In this document: in pieces, positions 7,732-18,006 of the stretch
Layout: each line of letters starts with the position of its first letter
Numbering within the stretch: position 1 is the stretch's first letter
Origin: Actinomycetota bacterium
GTDB lineage: Bacteria; Actinomycetota; Actinomycetes; Nanopelagicales; Nanopelagicaceae
Assembly (NCBI GenBank): GCA_009698675.1
Contig: WLPT01000001.1
Span: 27,909 to 91,908 of the forward strand
Reading direction: 5' to 3'
DNA: 64,000 bases
The notes under the pieces: model-generated
What the model saw: the letters and a program-made list of their open reading frames with translations, nothing else
Told to the model about the DNA's origin: nothing
Databases searched by the model: none
Position numbers and translations under genes: made by a program

Positions 7732-8670
7732 GTGAGCGAAGACGATGACATGGAAGAGATCATCACAGAGGAGATGCTCTGGGATCGAATTCCTGAAGTC
7801 GATGGCGAAGAGCGTGCCAGCACGTATTACGAACTCAGTGCCAGAATCTATGCCCGCGGACAGTATGACGAGGCTTTAGCGCTGGCGGAAACTGCGCGAG
7901 ATATCTATTCAACGTTAGGCGCAAGTGCACCAAGTGAGGGCTTAGCGCAAGCATATTCTGCAATTGGTTACAACCTTAATCAGTTAAAGCGTATGGACGA
8001 GGCGGCAACTGCGATGAGTAAGGCAGTTGAGATTTTACGTGAAAACAAATCTCCAATTGCACTCGAGCTCGCCTGCACATTGGGCGAATGGTGGTACACA
8101 TCCAAACAGTATGAAAAAGTCGTCTTAACAATGGGCGAATGTGCACAGGAGCATTTAGTAGATGGCAATGAAATCGGTGCGGCGAACGATCTTCACTTAA
8201 TCGGTTGCGCTGAAAGAGAGTTGAAAAATTACGAGAAGTCAATTGACGCATTTAGAGAGGCAAGGATACTATTCAAGCGCAATAAAGAGGTTATTCATGT
8301 TGCGCGCTGTGACCAAAAAATTGCCTCATGCCTAATCGAATTAAATGAAGGTGAGTTAGCCCTTGAAACTGCGCGCAAGGCCATTGATGTCTTTGAAACT
8401 GGCCATGATCATCGGCGTGAAACTTTTGCACTGTTTGAGTTGGGTAAAGCGCAGCTCCTTCTCGAAAAATTCGATGACGGGCTAGCAACCCTTGAGCAAG
8501 TGCTCTCCGTTGTCAGTGAAGACGAGCCTAAAGACTTTGAATTCATCATCGACGTCGAATCGCGCATTGCAAAAATCGTTCGCATGCAAGGCCGAATCGA
8601 AGAGGCCGATGAAATTGAGCGTCGGCTAAAGTCAGTACAAGAGACGCTAGATGATGAGCCCGAGGCTTGA
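7732..8670 (+). CDS. tetratricopeptide-repeat protein
   Basis: Repeated helical A..G..A TPR-like units across 312 aa. Confidence 0.8.
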   Translation: MSEDDDMEEIITEEMLWDRIPEVDGEERASTYYELSARIYARGQYDEALALAETARDIYSTLGASAPSEGLAQAYSAIGYNLNQLKRMDEAATAMSKAVEILRENKSPIALELACTLGEWWYTSKQYEKVVLTMGECAQEHLVDGNEIGAANDLHLIGCAERELKNYEKSIDAFREARILFKRNKEVIHVARCDQKIASCLIELNEGELALETARKAIDVFETGHDHRRETFALFELGKAQLLLEKFDDGLATLEQVLSVVSEDEPKDFEFIIDVESRIAKIVRMQGRIEEADEIERRLKSVQETLDDEPEA

Positions 8671-9188
8671 TTAAGCATTTAAATAACCTGCCAAAGATAC
8701 GAATAACAATGCTCTGCATGGGCAATATATGTCGATCTCCTATGGCCGCAGCCGTTCTGAGCAATCGGACTACAGATTGGGATAACCCCGAGATAGTGGT
8801 TGATAGTGCAGGTACTGGGGCTTGGCATATAGGACAGAGCGCACACCCAACATCGGAGAAAGTCTGGAAAAACGCTGGTTATACCTACTCTCATTCGGCT
8901 CGCCAGTTTCAATCAAGTGATTTTTACGAGAGCGACTTAATTTTGGTTATGGATTCAAGTAACTTTAACGATGCAATTAAATTAGCTGCCGATGATGAGT
9001 CTCGGGAGAAAGTTTTTTATCTACGAAGTTTTGATCCATCACTGGCATCAATCGATCCAACCTCAGAGCAGTTTCATAAATTAGAGGTTCCCGACCCGTA
9101 TAACCAATCAATCCAAGCCTACGAAGAGGTCTTATTTATGGTCGAACGTTGCGTAGATGGGCTGTTGCAAGAGTTAAAGCGCCAATAA
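8667..9188 (+). CDS. low-molecular-weight protein-tyrosine phosphatase
   Basis: CMGNICRS P-loop, DSAGT, VPDPY. Confidence 0.93.
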   Translation: MIKHLNNLPKIRITMLCMGNICRSPMAAAVLSNRTTDWDNPEIVVDSAGTGAWHIGQSAHPTSEKVWKNAGYTYSHSARQFQSSDFYESDLILVMDSSNFNDAIKLAADDESREKVFYLRSFDPSLASIDPTSEQFHKLEVPDPYNQSIQAYEEVLFMVERCVDGLLQELKRQ

Positions 9189-10299
9189 GCGCGCCTGCGG
9201 CAGCAATTATTAAAGGCCATTGGATAACACCTTTACTCCATAGTGCGCCTCCCCATATTCCAGCACCAAGTACTGCGAAGTTCATCGAAGCTTGATACAC
9301 ACCTTGTGCACGGCCACGGTGTGCTTCTTGGCTCAGACCTGCAATCCATGCTTTGCCCACTCCATCGGTAAGTGCAGGGAACAGTCCGTATAACGCAAGT
9401 GCAATTAGTGCGACTATGTGGTTCTGAGTTGAACCTAAAGTTGCATAAGCGATAGCAAAGGCGAGGAGTCCAACTGCATAAACAACACGCGGAGAGAGTT
9501 TGTCGGCCACATACCCGCCAGGAAATGCTGCAAGAACTGTGACGCCACTAAAGAGCATGTATGAGAGAACGACACCTTGTGTTGAAAAACCAATATCGTG
9601 CAGACGTAGTAATAAAAGTACGTCCGGAATATTAGTCAATTGAATCAACACTAAAAGCGCAATCGCGCGCTTTAGACTCCGGGGGAGTTGTGGATGAGCT
9701 TTCTTCTCCGCCTTAATTTTTGGAGTTCTAACAAAGTTTTCCTTGACTAATAAAGTTAATAACCCAGAGATTATCGCTGGAATTAAGGCCCATTTAGCAA
9801 CTGCACGTACGTCGCCATCGAGCATTGCCAACCCAATTAAAGCGATTCCAGGCCCAATTACAGCGCCAATATTGTCACCAGTGCGATGGAATCCAAAGGC
9901 GCGGCCCAGATGTGCTTTATCTACAGAGTCGGAAATTAGCGCATCCCGCGGAGCACCACGCATTCCTTTACCGATTCGATCAATGACTCGTCCTAAGAAA
10001 ACCAAGGGCCAACTTGTTGCAATCACCACTAGCGCTTTGCCAACGCCAGCTAATGAATATCCCGCAATCACAAATGGCCTACGCCCCAAATGGTCGCTAG
10101 ATTTTCCACTAATCAATTTAGTAAACCCAGCAGCAGCTTCAGCGCATCCCTCAATTAGACCAAGAGCTAGTGGCGCTGCGCCAATTACACCGGTCAATAA
10201 AATCGGTAATAGAGGATACAAGAGTTCACTTGCGGCATCTTGAGCCAAAGAGACGAGTGTTAAGAGAATTAAGTTACGTGTTAACCATATCTTCATCAT
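9136..10299 (-). CDS. MFS transporter
   Basis: GKSSDHLGRR motif A, DRIGKGMRGAPRDALI, ~12 TM. Confidence 0.92.
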   Translation of the reverse strand: MMKIWLTRNLILLTLVSLAQDAASELLYPLLPILLTGVIGAAPLALGLIEGCAEAAAGFTKLISGKSSDHLGRRPFVIAGYSLAGVGKALVVIATSWPLVFLGRVIDRIGKGMRGAPRDALISDSVDKAHLGRAFGFHRTGDNIGAVIGPGIALIGLAMLDGDVRAVAKWALIPAIISGLLTLLVKENFVRTPKIKAEKKAHPQLPRSLKRAIALLVLIQLTNIPDVLLLLRLHDIGFSTQGVVLSYMLFSGVTVLAAFPGGYVADKLSPRVVYAVGLLAFAIAYATLGSTQNHIVALIALALYGLFPALTDGVGKAWIAGLSQEAHRGRAQGVYQASMNFAVLGAGIWGGALWSKGVIQWPLIIAAAGALIGALTLATAHLRNVRP

Positions 10300-10943
10300 T
10301 TGGGTAGATGCTGCAGAGCCCAGTGGTACATGGCAATTGCTCCAGCTGCCGAAGCGTTCATCGAACGCGTTGAACCGTATTGATTAATCTCATATAAAAC
10401 TTCACAGACCGCAATTCCTTCATCTGACATTCCGGCACCCTCCTGGCCAAAAAGAAGGACGCAGCTTTCAGGTAGTTGAGCGCTCTCTAACTGCTTAGAT
10501 CCGGGTACGTTATCGATACCAATGATTGGCAGATTATTAGCCTTACACCAGACTGCAAAATCTTCGACAGTTGGATGATGGTGAACAGTTAAATATCGGT
10601 CCGTCACCATAGCGCCGCGTTTATTCCAATCGCGTTTACCGACAATATGTACGCCAGCAACGTTAAAAGCATTTGCTGTGCGCACTACGGACCCGATATT
10701 TAAGTCATGCTGCCAATTTTCAATTGCAATCTGTAACTTATGCCTCTTCGTATCTAGATCCGTAACGATGGCTTCAACACTCCAGTATCGGTAGTGATCT
10801 AAAACATTACGTCGGTCACCATTTAGCAACAGTTCAGAATCGTATTGGGCGCCCTCAGGCCATGGTTCTTCATGCGGTCCAACACCAACCACCGGAAAAA
10901 ACTCACCTGGGCCAATCGTGCCGGGAGTGGTTGGAGAGGACAT
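10296..10943 (-). CDS. TrmH/SpoU family RNA methyltransferase
   Basis: NIGSVVRTA, FGQEGAG, RSMNASAA SPOUT motifs. Confidence 0.92.
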   Translation of the reverse strand: MSSPTTPGTIGPGEFFPVVGVGPHEEPWPEGAQYDSELLLNGDRRNVLDHYRYWSVEAIVTDLDTKRHKLQIAIENWQHDLNIGSVVRTANAFNVAGVHIVGKRDWNKRGAMVTDRYLTVHHHPTVEDFAVWCKANNLPIIGIDNVPGSKQLESAQLPESCVLLFGQEGAGMSDEGIAVCEVLYEINQYGSTRSMNASAAGAIAMYHWALQHLPK

Positions 10944-10965
10944 ATAGGCACTCTAAACTGCCTAC

Positions 10966-11316
10966 ATGACTTCTATCAATACGGTGCTTCTCGTACTCCA
11001 TATTCTCTGCGTAATCGCAATTCTCTCCCTCCTCCTACACCAGTGGAATAAGAATCCACGGAAGTTGCACCCTGGAATATTGCATGCAGGCTTGACGGCT
11101 TTAATCGCGGGAATAGCGATGGTTGGAATGTTTCAAACGGTGCATCCAGATGAGGTGCTCAATCCCACAAAATATGGAATCAAATTAGTAATACTGATTT
11201 CAATTCTTGTAATTAGTTATCGTAATGTTAAGAAACCAATACTTGCAAAGAACACATGGCTACTTCTGATTGGGCTAACAACGATAAATATTCTTATCGC
11301 CTCAATTTGGCGATAA
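10966..11316 (+). CDS. small 4-TM membrane protein
   Basis: Hydrophobic ORF with conserved-looking His residues; leaderless TAAACT-N6-ATG. Confidence 0.75.
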   Translation: MTSINTVLLVLHILCVIAILSLLLHQWNKNPRKLHPGILHAGLTALIAGIAMVGMFQTVHPDEVLNPTKYGIKLVILISILVISYRNVKKPILAKNTWLLLIGLTTINILIASIWR

Positions 11317-11323
11317 TCAGAAA

Positions 11324-12499
11324 ATGCGTCAAAAAACAGTTCTTTTAATATTTACATTAATAATTTCTCTTAACGTAAACTCCGCGAATGCGGCAATTTC
11401 ACCCCTCTCAATCCCTGAAGTTTTCAACAAATTATTGAAAGTACCCGCTCTATCTAATCCTTCGATGATCTTGTTGGACGAGACCACTGGCGAAGTTGTA
11501 TATGAGAGAAACTCGAACTCACTACGGAAGCCGGCCTCGGTTATGAAGCTGCTTTCAGCAACTGCCACATTGGAATATTTGGATCCATTAAGCAGATTTG
11601 AAACTAAGTTATTTCTTGGATTGCAGCCGAAGTCACTAGTCATCCAAGGTTCATATGACCCCTGGATAAGTTTAGACAGCGTAGTTGCAAAAAAAATGCA
11701 CAGGACATCCTTGCCATACTTAGCCTACAAAGCTATGACTGCGATTAAAACCGCAAATCACGGATCACTTCGCAATATTACGGTTACATATTCGGGGATA
11801 TATTCGCAAGATGTAAGTAATTTGAAAGCATATTGGAATAAACGAGGTTTTAGGCCAACTATGAAGGCTGCAGCCACGGCAACAGTAATCGCCGCAGAGG
11901 GTTCCCCAATAACGTCCTCCCAATCCCCAACTATTTCAGAGATCCTAGACTTCACTCTCCTGTGGAGCGATAACGTTTTAGCCGAGCGTCTGGCACGTCT
12001 TTCATCAAGGGCGGCCGGGTATTCATTTGATGACTTAGGCGTTAGTTTAACTTTCGCAGAGGTTCTTTCTCGTCTAGGAATTGATTCCACAAACTTAGTG
12101 ATTATCGATGCAAGTGGTTTATCGAAAGAGAATCGTGTAACAGCTCAGATTATTGGTCAACTACTTTTAAAAACTCGAAAAGATCCAAAGTTTGCACTCC
12201 TCTATAAATCACTTCCAGTTAGTGGCATTTCTGGAACTTTAAAGGAGCGGTTTATCACTACCGCACCGAGTGCTGTAGGGCTAATCCATGCAAAAACAGG
12301 GACCCTAAACGGTACTGTTACTTTGGCCGGATATGTTGAATCTACCGACCGTGAGTATGTTTTTGTGACCTTAGCCGATGAAATTCCGAATGGAATACGA
12401 GCCGAAGATCGAGCACGAGCAGCCATTGATCGGCTACTAGGTCGAATTGCTGCTCCCAATATCGAAGCACAAATATCAGTTGCTACAGAGTTACCCTAA
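11324..12499 (+). CDS. dacB: D-alanyl-D-alanine carboxypeptidase/endopeptidase (peptidase S13)
   Basis: PASVMK (SxxK), SDN, AKTGTL; signal peptide. Confidence 0.88.
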   Translation: MRQKTVLLIFTLIISLNVNSANAAISPLSIPEVFNKLLKVPALSNPSMILLDETTGEVVYERNSNSLRKPASVMKLLSATATLEYLDPLSRFETKLFLGLQPKSLVIQGSYDPWISLDSVVAKKMHRTSLPYLAYKAMTAIKTANHGSLRNITVTYSGIYSQDVSNLKAYWNKRGFRPTMKAAATATVIAAEGSPITSSQSPTISEILDFTLLWSDNVLAERLARLSSRAAGYSFDDLGVSLTFAEVLSRLGIDSTNLVIIDASGLSKENRVTAQIIGQLLLKTRKDPKFALLYKSLPVSGISGTLKERFITTAPSAVGLIHAKTGTLNGTVTLAGYVESTDREYVFVTLADEIPNGIRAEDRARAAIDRLLGRIAAPNIEAQISVATELP

Positions 12500-13575
12500 A
12501 TATTGTCAAAGACTTTTATCGATCCGCCATAACAAGCTACCCAAGTGCGCTGTGTGGGCGTATCAAAAGCTATTCCTATTGGCTCATTACATACTTTAAT
12601 AGTTTGTAATGTTTTCATATCACTCGTGCGAACTTTTGAGACGGTATCGCTTACAAAATTAACAACAAAAAGAGCCGAACCGTCGCTTGATATTGCCAAA
12701 GACCGTGCCGCCTTTCCAGTCGCCACTGATCTACCGAGTTTATTTTTCAGCAAGTTCCAAGAAGCAACCTTGCCGGATAAGTTCATAGTTACGTACAACA
12801 TTGAGTTGTCAGGTGAGAGGACGATGGCGCGAGGATTACTCCCGATTGGAATATACGAAATTGAGAAATCTTCTAAATTAATGACGTGGATGCGGTTGCC
12901 ACCCATCTCGGCGATATAGGCAGTTTTACTATCTTTACTGACTGCAATTCCGCGTGGGTAACGTCCAATTTTAATTGATTTAATGGTTTTCTGGCTTTGA
13001 ATAGAGATCACTTTTAGATCATAGGAACACCAGTTAGAAACAAGAAGATATCTATTATCTGGTGTTACTTCAACAACTTTTGGCACCGAACCAACTGGAT
13101 ATACGGCGTCAATTTTATAACTACTTAAATCAATCCGATAGAGAAAACTAGTGTCATAGTTCGAAGCGGGCGAGCATGTGTCATGTCCTTCTCGGTTGTA
13201 ACCCTTGCCATACATAGCGTAGTTGGTGACATATAGATACTTTCCATCAGGAGAGTAAGAGCCTTCAACCGGTGCACCTTTATAAATTGTTGAGTACTTG
13301 GAAAAACCAAACTTTGAAAGTTGTACGGAATCGGGAATGGTCTTGATTAAATCAAAGGTATTTGCATCATAAATTGTGATGCTGTGGTTGTACATCATGT
13401 TATGTGCACTCACAAGGCCGGTTCCGGAAGATCTAACTGATTTCGGCGAAATCGCACCAGTGATAGTTTTTACCAATGTCATTTTTGTCTGGCTAGATAA
13501 AACTTCACCATGTGCTGGTAGAGAAATAGCACACAGAGATGCGATTACTGTAAGAGTTAAATACTTCTTGCGCAC
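12496..13575 (-). CDS. secreted YVTN/YncE beta-propeller protein
   Basis: Repeated SPDG..LYVTN units; signal peptide. Confidence 0.88.
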   Translation of the reverse strand: MRKKYLTLTVIASLCAISLPAHGEVLSSQTKMTLVKTITGAISPKSVRSSGTGLVSAHNMMYNHSITIYDANTFDLIKTIPDSVQLSKFGFSKYSTIYKGAPVEGSYSPDGKYLYVTNYAMYGKGYNREGHDTCSPASNYDTSFLYRIDLSSYKIDAVYPVGSVPKVVEVTPDNRYLLVSNWCSYDLKVISIQSQKTIKSIKIGRYPRGIAVSKDSKTAYIAEMGGNRIHVINLEDFSISYIPIGSNPRAIVLSPDNSMLYVTMNLSGKVASWNLLKNKLGRSVATGKAARSLAISSDGSALFVVNFVSDTVSKVRTSDMKTLQTIKVCNEPIGIAFDTPTQRTWVACYGGSIKVFDNI

Positions 13576-13598
13576 ACCTGAACTCTAACGGTTAAGAG

Positions 13599-14033
13599 TT
13601 AGTCGTCACCCTCGCCACCATCATGTTCACCCTCGCCACCATCATGTTCACCATCATCGCCATTTGAGGTTGGAAGTGTCCCAATTGATGGTTTCTTTGG
13701 AGCCGTCGTGGCAGTTGGTGTAGCACTTGCTTGTTCAGCCGCTGACTGTGTTACTGAAGAGCTTGGAACAGGTGCGCTCTTCTTAACTGCAGGAGCCTCT
13801 GAGGCAGGAGAAGAGGTTTGACTGGCTTGAGTGGCCTGAACTGTTGGGGCGATGGTTTCTACAGCGCTGGCTGGACTCTCTTCCTGCGTCTGTCCAAAGA
13901 GTGCACCAACACCGATGACTGTCGCGACTGCAACGATGGCAAGAATCGGCAGCTTCTTTGAAACTCTGCGCACGCTCGCAGCGTTGTCGTTATCTGCGAT
14001 CTCTATCCATTCGGGCTTCTCTGGAGGTGTCAT
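13599..14033 (-). CDS. single-TM protein with S/T/A/P linker and acidic His/Gly tail
   Basis: TM near N-terminus; C-terminus GDDGEHDGGEGEHDGGEGDD; RBS GAAGGGAG. Confidence 0.75.
   Translation of the reverse strand: MTPPEKPEWIEIADNDNAASVRRVSKKLPILAIVAVATVIGVGALFGQTQEESPASAVETIAPTVQATQASQTSSPASEAPAVKKSAPVPSSSVTQSAAEQASATPTATTAPKKPSIGTLPTSNGDDGEHDGGEGEHDGGEGDD
13606..13652. repeat. 21-bp in-frame tandem repeat (about 2.2 copies)
   Basis: TCACCCTCGCCACCATCATGT x2 + TCACC, encoding (EHDGGEG)2. Confidence 0.85.
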
Positions 14034-14122
14034 GTGAAGCTCCCTTCGTTGAGTGAAAAATAGCCCTCGAACCTGTGAAAAAACGGTGAAGCCCCATCCA
14101 GCTTGCTGAGTAATCTAGGGCA

Positions 14123-14992
14123 GTGAAGAGTGTTGTGCGTGGATATCTAGATCTGATGAAGCTTCGGGTCGTTGAACTGCTTCTTGTGTCGACGCTCCCG
14201 GCGATGGTTTTGGCGGCGCACGCTCTGCCCTCACTCAAACTTGTGGCCACAACAATTCTTGCAGGAACGCTTTCTGCTGGCAGCGCCAATGCTTTCAATA
14301 TGGTCATCGAAAGCGAAAGCGATAAATTAATGTTGCGAACATCTAAGCGGCCCATTGTTATGGGAGTAGTAAGTAAGACAGATGCAGCTATTTTCGCAAC
14401 TTTGATTGGAGTGTTATCTCTAGTTATTTTTTGGGTATTTACTACACCTCTTGCAACGTTACTTTCATTTGTCGCAATAGCCTTTTATGTTTTGGTCTAT
14501 ACCATTGGATTAAAACGCCGCACATCCCAAAATATTGTCTGGGGTGGAGCTGCAGGTTGTATGCCAGTATTTATCGGGTGGGCAGCAGTTACTAACTCAC
14601 TTTCCTTTACAGCGCTAGCATTTTTTATGGTGATTTTCTTTTGGACACCACCACATTTTTGGGCGCTGGCAATCAAATATAAAGATGATTACTCGGCAGC
14701 TGGCATACCAATGCTTCCAGTAGTTGCAACTAAAGCACGAGTTCATCGCGAAATGTGGTTCCACACAATTCTGATGATCATTTCTTCGATCTGGCTCATT
14801 CTCTCTGCAGCGCTGCCTTTCTGGTCACTTTTCATAACTGTATTACTCGGCTTGGTATTCGCACGTGAACTAGTTGCGCTTAAAGAGAGCTCACCTGATT
14901 ATGGAAAAACTGCAGGCAAGATTTTCCAATGGTCAATAACTTACTTGAGCTTGCTCTCGGTTGTTTTAGTTGTTGCTCAATTGAGTGCTTGA
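14123..14992 (+). CDS. ctaB: heme O synthase (protoheme IX farnesyltransferase)
   Basis: LMKLRVVELL, D..M.RT..RP, LKRRTSQNIVWGG, WTPPHFWAL. Confidence 0.95.
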   Translation: MKSVVRGYLDLMKLRVVELLLVSTLPAMVLAAHALPSLKLVATTILAGTLSAGSANAFNMVIESESDKLMLRTSKRPIVMGVVSKTDAAIFATLIGVLSLVIFWVFTTPLATLLSFVAIAFYVLVYTIGLKRRTSQNIVWGGAAGCMPVFIGWAAVTNSLSFTALAFFMVIFFWTPPHFWALAIKYKDDYSAAGIPMLPVVATKARVHREMWFHTILMIISSIWLILSAALPFWSLFITVLLGLVFARELVALKESSPDYGKTAGKIFQWSITYLSLLSVVLVVAQLSA

Positions 14993-16194
14993 GTTAAATC
15001 TTTTATTAGATCTGTCGAGTGCTCAAGCCCAACTGATAATCGCAATACTGAGGGCGTTATACCCATTTCAGCCTGCACCTCAGGAGATAAGCGCCTGTGT
15101 GTAGATGTTGATGGATGGGTAATAAGAGATTTGCTATCACCTAAGTTATTAGAGATATCAATGATGCGCAGCCTGTTCATGAAGGCGAATACCGAGGCTT
15201 GATCGCCAACAAACTCAATACCAACGGTTGTGCCACCACCGCTCATCTGCCTCATGGCAAGTGCGTGGTCTGGGTGGGATTTAAGTCCAGGAAAGCGCAC
15301 AGATTTGATCTCAGGTCGTGACTCTAAGAATTCGGCGACAGATTGCGCATTTTCAACCATGCGCTCCACACGCATCTGCATAGTTTCAAGTGATTTAACG
15401 AGAACCCATGCGTTAAACGGGCTTAGCGATGGTCCAGTATGCCGAGTGAAAGGCATTAACTTTTCATGGATATACGGAGATGATCCGAGAATAGCTCCAG
15501 CTAGAACACGGCCCTGCCCATCAATGTGCTTAGTTGCTGAGTACATAACAACGTCGGCACCGAGTTGAAGAGGTTTTTGTAAAACAGGAGATGCCATTAC
15601 GTTATCGACGATTACTGTTGCTCCGACTTGATGTGCCAAGTCACTGACCATTTGAATATCAACGATCTCCATTAAAGGATTACTTGGAGTTTCAATAAAA
15701 ACTGCCTTAGTTGGTTTGCTTAAAGCCTTTGCCCATGCGTCAGGATCATTACCTTTAACTAATTCGAAAGTTACGCCCCATTTTGGCAAGAACTCAGTTA
15801 TGACAACATGGCAGGATGAAAACATAGCAGCCGATGCAACAACATGATCACCTTGCTCGACGAGACAGGCAAGGGATGAAAACATTGCCGACATTCCAGA
15901 GCCCGTTGCTACGCAGAAATCTGCACCTTCAATGGCAGCCAAACGCTTTTCAAACATTGAAATAGTTGGATTATGGAAACGACTATATAAAAAATGGTCG
16001 GTTTCATCAGCGAAAGAGTCAAGGGCCTCTTCAGCGCTGGAGTATGTAAAACCACTATTCAAATAGAGCGCCTCTGACGTTTCACCAAAACCTGAGCGCG
16101 CAAGGCCGGCACGAACTGCATGTGTTTGGGGATGGACATCCCACTGCGGCTCTTCGCGCTCATGGCGCGGGCGGTAACCCCATGGTGTACTCAC
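14977..16194 (-). CDS. metZ: O-succinylhomoserine sulfhydrylase
   Basis: ETSEALYL, YSRFHNPT, YSATKHIDGQGR PLP-lysine motif. Confidence 0.92.
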   Translation of the reverse strand: MSTPWGYRPRHEREEPQWDVHPQTHAVRAGLARSGFGETSEALYLNSGFTYSSAEEALDSFADETDHFLYSRFHNPTISMFEKRLAAIEGADFCVATGSGMSAMFSSLACLVEQGDHVVASAAMFSSCHVVITEFLPKWGVTFELVKGNDPDAWAKALSKPTKAVFIETPSNPLMEIVDIQMVSDLAHQVGATVIVDNVMASPVLQKPLQLGADVVMYSATKHIDGQGRVLAGAILGSSPYIHEKLMPFTRHTGPSLSPFNAWVLVKSLETMQMRVERMVENAQSVAEFLESRPEIKSVRFPGLKSHPDHALAMRQMSGGGTTVGIEFVGDQASVFAFMNRLRIIDISNNLGDSKSLITHPSTSTHRRLSPEVQAEMGITPSVLRLSVGLEHSTDLIKDLTQALN

Positions 16195-16220
16195 TAGGCA
16201 ATTGTGGCAGAGTTGGGCCT

Positions 16221-17126
16221 ATGTCCAACACAGCGATTTCAGTTACAGATTTAAGTAAGAGATACGGAGAGCGTATGGCCGTTTCTCATGCAACATTTGA
16301 GGTCCCACTCGGCACAATCTGCGGCTTTGTCGGGCCAAATGGATCGGGTAAGACCACAACGATGCGCATGCTTCTTGGACTGATTACACCAACTGGCGGG
16401 ACGGGTGAAATCTTGGGTGAATCAATCAAGCACCCAGAGAAATACTTACCGCGCGTTGGCGCAATGATTGAAGGCCCTGCCTTTTATCCAGCGCTGAGCG
16501 GTAAAGAGAATTTAAACTATCTAGCGGCCCTCGGTGGATTTTCAACCGATCGGGTGCAGCGTTTGCTCGAACAAGTTGGACTGGGCGATCGTGGCAAATC
16601 GAAGTACAAGACATATTCACTAGGAATGAAGCAGCGCTTAGGAATCGCAGCAGCTCTACTTCCAAATCCCAAGCTGTTGATGTTGGATGAACCAACAAAT
16701 GGTTTAGATCCAGAGGGAATCCAAGAGGTTCGTGCACTACTGCGCTCGCTAGCAAATGATGGGACCTCAGTCTTTGTCTCCTCGCATCTCTTATCTGAGT
16801 TAGAGCTAATCAGTGACTATTTAGTTATGTTACGTAAAGGCGAAGTCGTCTTCACCGGAAAAATGACGGACTTAATGCTTGACCAACAACCCGTCATAAT
16901 TGCAAAGGGTTCAAATGATTCTCAACTTGTAACGTTGCTTGCAATAGCAGAGGCAGCAGGACACAGAGCAATGATTAGGGAAAGTGCCGTTCATATTGAG
17001 GGGCCTGCCAATTGGGCGCAAGATTTTAATCGCGCCGCATTTGACGCAGGAATTACGCTCTCACAGTTGACGCCGCAACTTCCAAACCTCGAAGAAACAT
17101 TCTTTGAAATGACGGGTGAAAAATAA
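16221..17126 (+). CDS. ABC transporter ATP-binding protein
   Basis: GPNGSGKT, YSLGMKQR, LDEPTNGLD. Confidence 0.93.
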   Translation: MSNTAISVTDLSKRYGERMAVSHATFEVPLGTICGFVGPNGSGKTTTMRMLLGLITPTGGTGEILGESIKHPEKYLPRVGAMIEGPAFYPALSGKENLNYLAALGGFSTDRVQRLLEQVGLGDRGKSKYKTYSLGMKQRLGIAAALLPNPKLLMLDEPTNGLDPEGIQEVRALLRSLANDGTSVFVSSHLLSELELISDYLVMLRKGEVVFTGKMTDLMLDQQPVIIAKGSNDSQLVTLLAIAEAAGHRAMIRESAVHIEGPANWAQDFNRAAFDAGITLSQLTPQLPNLEETFFEMTGEK

Positions 17127-17932
17127 TGTGGAACGTTGCATTCGCAGAACTACGAAAGTTACGTCGGCCATCACTTTTCCTAGGAACCATGGGTGCGGTC
17201 GTCTTCTTTAGTGCGCTATTTTCTTCACTTCTATTTCTACTCATAGATTCACCAGATGGAAACTCTGATCGTGGTCGAATGGTGAGCCGTGAAGTTCTTG
17301 GGCTCGCCACCGGCGGAGTCCAAGGCTTTAGTAGCGTTGGAGGCTTTCTTGGAATCATTGCCTTATGTGTCTTTGCAGCACAGACTGCACAGGAATACAC
17401 CTATGGAACTTTACGCAATCTTCTAGTTCGCCAACCTGGGCGCTTACGAGTCCTGGCTGGAAAATTTATTGCGATGAAAATATTCGCACTCATTATGATT
17501 GTTCTTTCGGCCGTGATCAGTATTACTGCATCGGTACTTTTAGCGCCTCGAGCGAAAGTTTCAACAGATCTTTGGTTTGGCGCTGATGGTCGTCACGCGC
17601 TTTTCACAACGTTCATTAATGTAATTATCTCTGTCATTGGTTTTGGAACGATTGGAATGGTTTTAGGTCTGCTCCTTCGTTCGCCAATCAGTGCAATCTC
17701 TTTTGGAGTATTGTGGTTATTAATCATTGAAAACCTCTTAATCGCAGTTAAAAACTCTTTACAGAACTGGATGCCAGGGGCCCAACTTCAGGCAATTGCA
17801 GCTGGAGGTCGAGCGCGTGGTATGTCGACAGGCATTGAGTACTCGCATGCATTATTAGTGGGCGGGATCTATGTTGCCCTTGGTGCAGTTATTGCATCAT
17901 TTTTATTTGTTCGCCGTGATGTATCTAATTGA
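17126..17932 (+). CDS. ABC-2 type permease
   Basis: 6 TM, EYTYGTLRNLL, C-terminal RRDV; TAATG coupling. Confidence 0.9.
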   Translation: MWNVAFAELRKLRRPSLFLGTMGAVVFFSALFSSLLFLLIDSPDGNSDRGRMVSREVLGLATGGVQGFSSVGGFLGIIALCVFAAQTAQEYTYGTLRNLLVRQPGRLRVLAGKFIAMKIFALIMIVLSAVISITASVLLAPRAKVSTDLWFGADGRHALFTTFINVIISVIGFGTIGMVLGLLLRSPISAISFGVLWLLIIENLLIAVKNSLQNWMPGAQLQAIAAGGRARGMSTGIEYSHALLVGGIYVALGAVIASFLFVRRDVSN

Positions 17933-18006
17933 GGACACCAGCACCTATTACCCGACATTCCTAAGCTGACTCAATTATTCTTAAGGCCTTCCTCCGGAGG
18001 TTTGAT

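Noticed and set aside
16195-16220. SAM riboswitch before metZ
   Set aside because: Only 26 bp separate the divergent genes; no room.
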